Assembly (NCBI GenBank): GCA_905178155.1
Contig: CAJINV010000007.1
Coordinates: 2,151,151 to 2,215,150, forward strand
Reading direction: 5' to 3'
DNA from: Amoebophrya sp. A120
Taxonomy: Eukaryota; Protista; Dinoflagellata
Length of the DNA: 64,000 bases
Position 1 is the first letter of the stretch, and each line of letters opens with the position of its first letter. The notes below the pieces were generated by a model that saw nothing but the letters and a program-made list of their open reading frames with translations, was not told the origin of the DNA and did no database searches. Of the stretch, positions 61,477 to 64,000 are shown in pieces. The translations under genes and the position numbers were made by a program.

Positions 61477-64000
61477 CTACTCACTCCCACTTGCGCCACT
61501 TGCTGCCGGCGGTGGTCCCAGCGTTCCACCACCTTGGCGAGTAGTTCCTGACGAAGATGAAACCGGTACAATTTCGTGATGGAAAACCGCGGTCGGACTA
61601 AACTTGTCTGCGCCACTTTGATTTTCTTCCGCGAGAGCACCAACGTCCCCAGTATAATTCGTTGGTCGGAACACAATGTCCTTCATGAACTTCAGAAATC
61701 TTTCCGCGTACATATCCGGCGGGCAACAGCTGACGCCCTTCCAGTTGGTCGGATGGAGACAGGACTTCACCCGGTGCTCGATGTTCTTCCGGACACCGTA
61801 ATGCGTCAAAATGTCGATAACCCCGATGTAGTACAGTTTCGGGTTTTCCCGATCTGCGCCCGCGAGCCCGCCGAAGTGCTGCTCGTGGTAGGCGATGGAA
61901 GGGGGGAGTTGTGCGGCCGCAGTGTGGTTCCGCAACGGAAAGGACTTTCGTTGCATGCTGTTGGTGGTGGTGCCATTGCTGAACCCTCGTGCTTGTTGTG
62001 GCCCACTAGTAAAAGGAGCTGGACCTCCCCCTGCTTGTCCCGATGACGTTGCGGCTAGCAGGGAGGTACTCATCTCAGTCACTCCGTTTGCTGTCAACTG
62101 CAGTGTTGGCGTCCGAGGCTGCTGATAATTGGAATTCGTCAAGTACTGTGCTGCTGGGCTATGGGGCCTGCTCGTGTTGTTCAACATCAGTTGCTGCGAA
62201 CAAATCTGTTGGTTGTGCGTATCCAGGTCCGAAATTGCCTGCCAGAAATCGAACCTGTCCTCCGGCGCGACGGTGTGAACACCAAGTAGAAGACTGTAGT
62301 CGATGATGCTGTTTTTCGCCAAGAATTCGCTGTCCGCACGCAGCTGGTCGGTGATGATTTGGTAAGCTTGCTGGGACAGGACGACAGGCACATGAGTAGA
62401 CACAGCAGGCTCGTCATGATGTTGTTCCTCACTGTGCTCGTTTTGACCCGCTGCACTCAGTGGTTGGTTCTGATTTCTCTTCGAACGTTGATTATGTGGT
62501 GCACTTGAACTAGATGTGGCACCGCCATCAGGTGTAGCACCCGTTCTCTTGAGGGCCAGCGCCGTACTAGACGACGCGGCCGTCGCACTGCTCGATGTTC
62601 CTGCCGTGCCGCCGCTACCCCTCGTCGCAGCCGTACTGGTTGCACTCGCGGTCACTTCGTGCAAGAAGTCCATGTCTTTCCTCGCGACTGTTTTGTCTTC
62701 CAACAGGGACGCGTTTGTCGTCCGGCCGAACGTGCTGCCCTTCAAGTCGTACCTCGTATGGATCTCGTACGGCGTGTTAAACATGTTTCCCATGACCACA
62801 AAGTAGATCTTCTTTTCCCGGATCTTGCTCGACGCACGGAAGGACCCGATGTTGTTGCTCTGTTTCCGCACCCGCAGCGCGTGCAGCCCAAAAAACTTGA
62901 TCAGCAGCGAGTCCGGGTACTTCTTCAAATGCAGCCAATACGGCAGCATGATCGTCTGCAGCCACTCCTTCTCCTCCTTGCTAATCGTCTTGATCATGAA
63001 GGATCCGTCGGCGGTGTAGTAGAAAAAAGCCCCGGATTTCCCCTCGGAGGACAGCTCGGAGAGACTGCTGAGGTTGCCGAGAATCATGTTTCCCAGAAGC
63101 TGTTCCGGGCCGACGGACCGGAGATACTGCTCCGGTTTGATGCCTCGCAGTTGTCGGATCTTGCGGAAGACAAAGGGCAGATAATCGACGAAAATCGTGT
63201 AGTTTTGGTTCGCCGCGGCCACACTGTCCATGATGTTCGCGAGGTTGGGCAGGATCGCGAATTTGTCCCGCATTTTGAAATCCAACGATTGCAACCCCCG
63301 GTCACCCTCGGTGCTGCTCCGTCCGACGGCCAGTCGGATGCCAATCATCATGTTCAACACCATGTTCCAATTTTCGTGCCCGAAATGCACCGCCAACCCC
63401 TTCTTCGGTCCGAGGATCTTGTGTTGCTGCTTGTGCACCCGTGACAGAGCTGCGGCCGGGTGGGTCAGATTGACTGCGGTGGCGCCGGTTGGGCGGAGCC
63501 GTGAGTAGCGGCGCGCGTTGGATGTAGTAGAGCCAGGAAGTTGTAGCTGCTGGTGCTGTGCACCTCCTTGCATCGTCGCGACAGATGCCAGCGACGTGCC
63601 AAAACGAGCCGTCGTGGCCACGGAGACGTCGGTCGTGGGCCGGCGCGGATACGCTGGGTCTGGAAGTAAAACTCCTGAGCGGGAATTGGACTGGAGAGTC
63701 TGCTGTGTGATCAAAGAATTCGGGCTTTCGTTATTTTCATGATGGTGGCCGAGATTCAGATTGTGGTCTTGCGCATCATGATTTTCGAGCATGTGAATTT
63801 CATTCCCCCTTGAACTGGCAGGGCTGTCTAGCGGCGGGGGGAACAAAAAAGCACTATCCCCACCCGTTTGAAGTCCACTTCTAGCTGGTCCGCCTGCAGC
63901 TCCATGTCGCAGGTAATAAAACTGCTGCGCGTGGTGATGGTTGACATTCGCGCCGCCGGGGGACCGCACCAGCGACGACGGAGAGATGGGAGAGACGGGC
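61477..64000 (-). CDS. PIP5K: Phosphatidylinositol-4-phosphate 5-kinase (5' end outside the window)
   Basis: Motifs HENWNMVLNMMIGIR, DYLPFVFRKIR, SEGKSGAFFYYTADGSFMIKT, YDLKGS, KDMDF, IIDYSLLLG, YIGVIDIL and YAERF. Confidence 0.97.
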   Translation of the reverse strand, partial: PVSPISPSSLVRSPGGANVNHHHAQQFYYLRHGAAGGPARSGLQTGGDSAFLFPPPLDSPASSRGNEIHMLENHDAQDHNLNLGHHHENNESPNSLITQQTLQSNSRSGVLLPDPAYPRRPTTDVSVATTARFGTSLASVATMQGGAQHQQLQLPGSTTSNARRYSRLRPTGATAVNLTHPAAALSRVHKQQHKILGPKKGLAVHFGHENWNMVLNMMIGIRLAVGRSSTEGDRGLQSLDFKMRDKFAILPNLANIMDSVAAANQNYTIFVDYLPFVFRKIRQLRGIKPEQYLRSVGPEQLLGNMILGNLSSLSELSSEGKSGAFFYYTADGSFMIKTISKEEKEWLQTIMLPYWLHLKKYPDSLLIKFFGLHALRVRKQSNNIGSFRASSKIREKKIYFVVMGNMFNTPYEIHTRYDLKGSTFGRTTNASLLEDKTVARKDMDFLHEVTASATSTAATRGSGGTAGTSSSATAASSSTALALKRTGATPDGGATSSSSAPHNQRSKRNQNQPLSAAGQNEHSEEQHHDEPAVSTHVPVVLSQQAYQIITDQLRADSEFLAKNSIIDYSLLLGVHTVAPEDRFDFWQAISDLDTHNQQICSQQLMLNNTSRPHSPAAQYLTNSNYQQPRTPTLQLTANGVTEMSTSLLAATSSGQAGGGPAPFTSGPQQARGFSNGTTTNSMQRKSFPLRNHTAAAQLPPSIAYHEQHFGGLAGADRENPKLYYIGVIDILTHYGVRKNIEHRVKSCLHPTNWKGVSCCPPDMYAERFLKFMKDIVFRPTNYTGDVGALAEENQSGADKFSPTAVFHHEIVPVSSSSGTTRQGGGTLGPPPAASGASGSE

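Noticed and set aside
1-64000. Dinoflagellate spliced-leader relic, tRNA or rRNA genes, autonomous transposase
   Set aside because: None recognised by eye. A computational scan would be needed to exclude them.

Overview
This is gene-dense eukaryotic DNA. I reconstruct about 15 mostly intron-containing genes, all on the minus strand, with AAAATG-type start contexts. That organisation, plus transposon-derived non-canonical introns, suggests an alveolate, probably a syndinean dinoflagellate like Amoebophrya (inference). Recognisable genes: a giant ~2,400-aa repeat membrane protein, EB1, a DONSON-like protein, a GYGGH-motif microtubule protein, a RING-H2 protein, an SLC35C2-like transporter, a small Cys-rich secreted protein, a GAR-domain protein, an amino-acid transporter, a bacterial-type YgeA/RacX racemase, a large BTB protein, an HD-like protein and a 5'-truncated PIP5K. 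The main finding is six introner elements from at least three sequence families that interrupt coding frames. They have TAT...ATA termini and 15-35 bp terminal inverted repeats (TIRs). Five of the six have an exact or degenerate 5-bp target-site duplication (TSD), and removing the element plus one TSD restores the frame without GT-AG ends. Two copies of one family sit in opposite orientations in the same gene. One copy carries a nested 979-bp Helitron-like element, and a second 1.85-kb Helitron-like element with the same unusual CT...CTRR architecture lies at 49.7-51.5 kb. All exon structures were deduced by eye and need RNA-seq confirmation.
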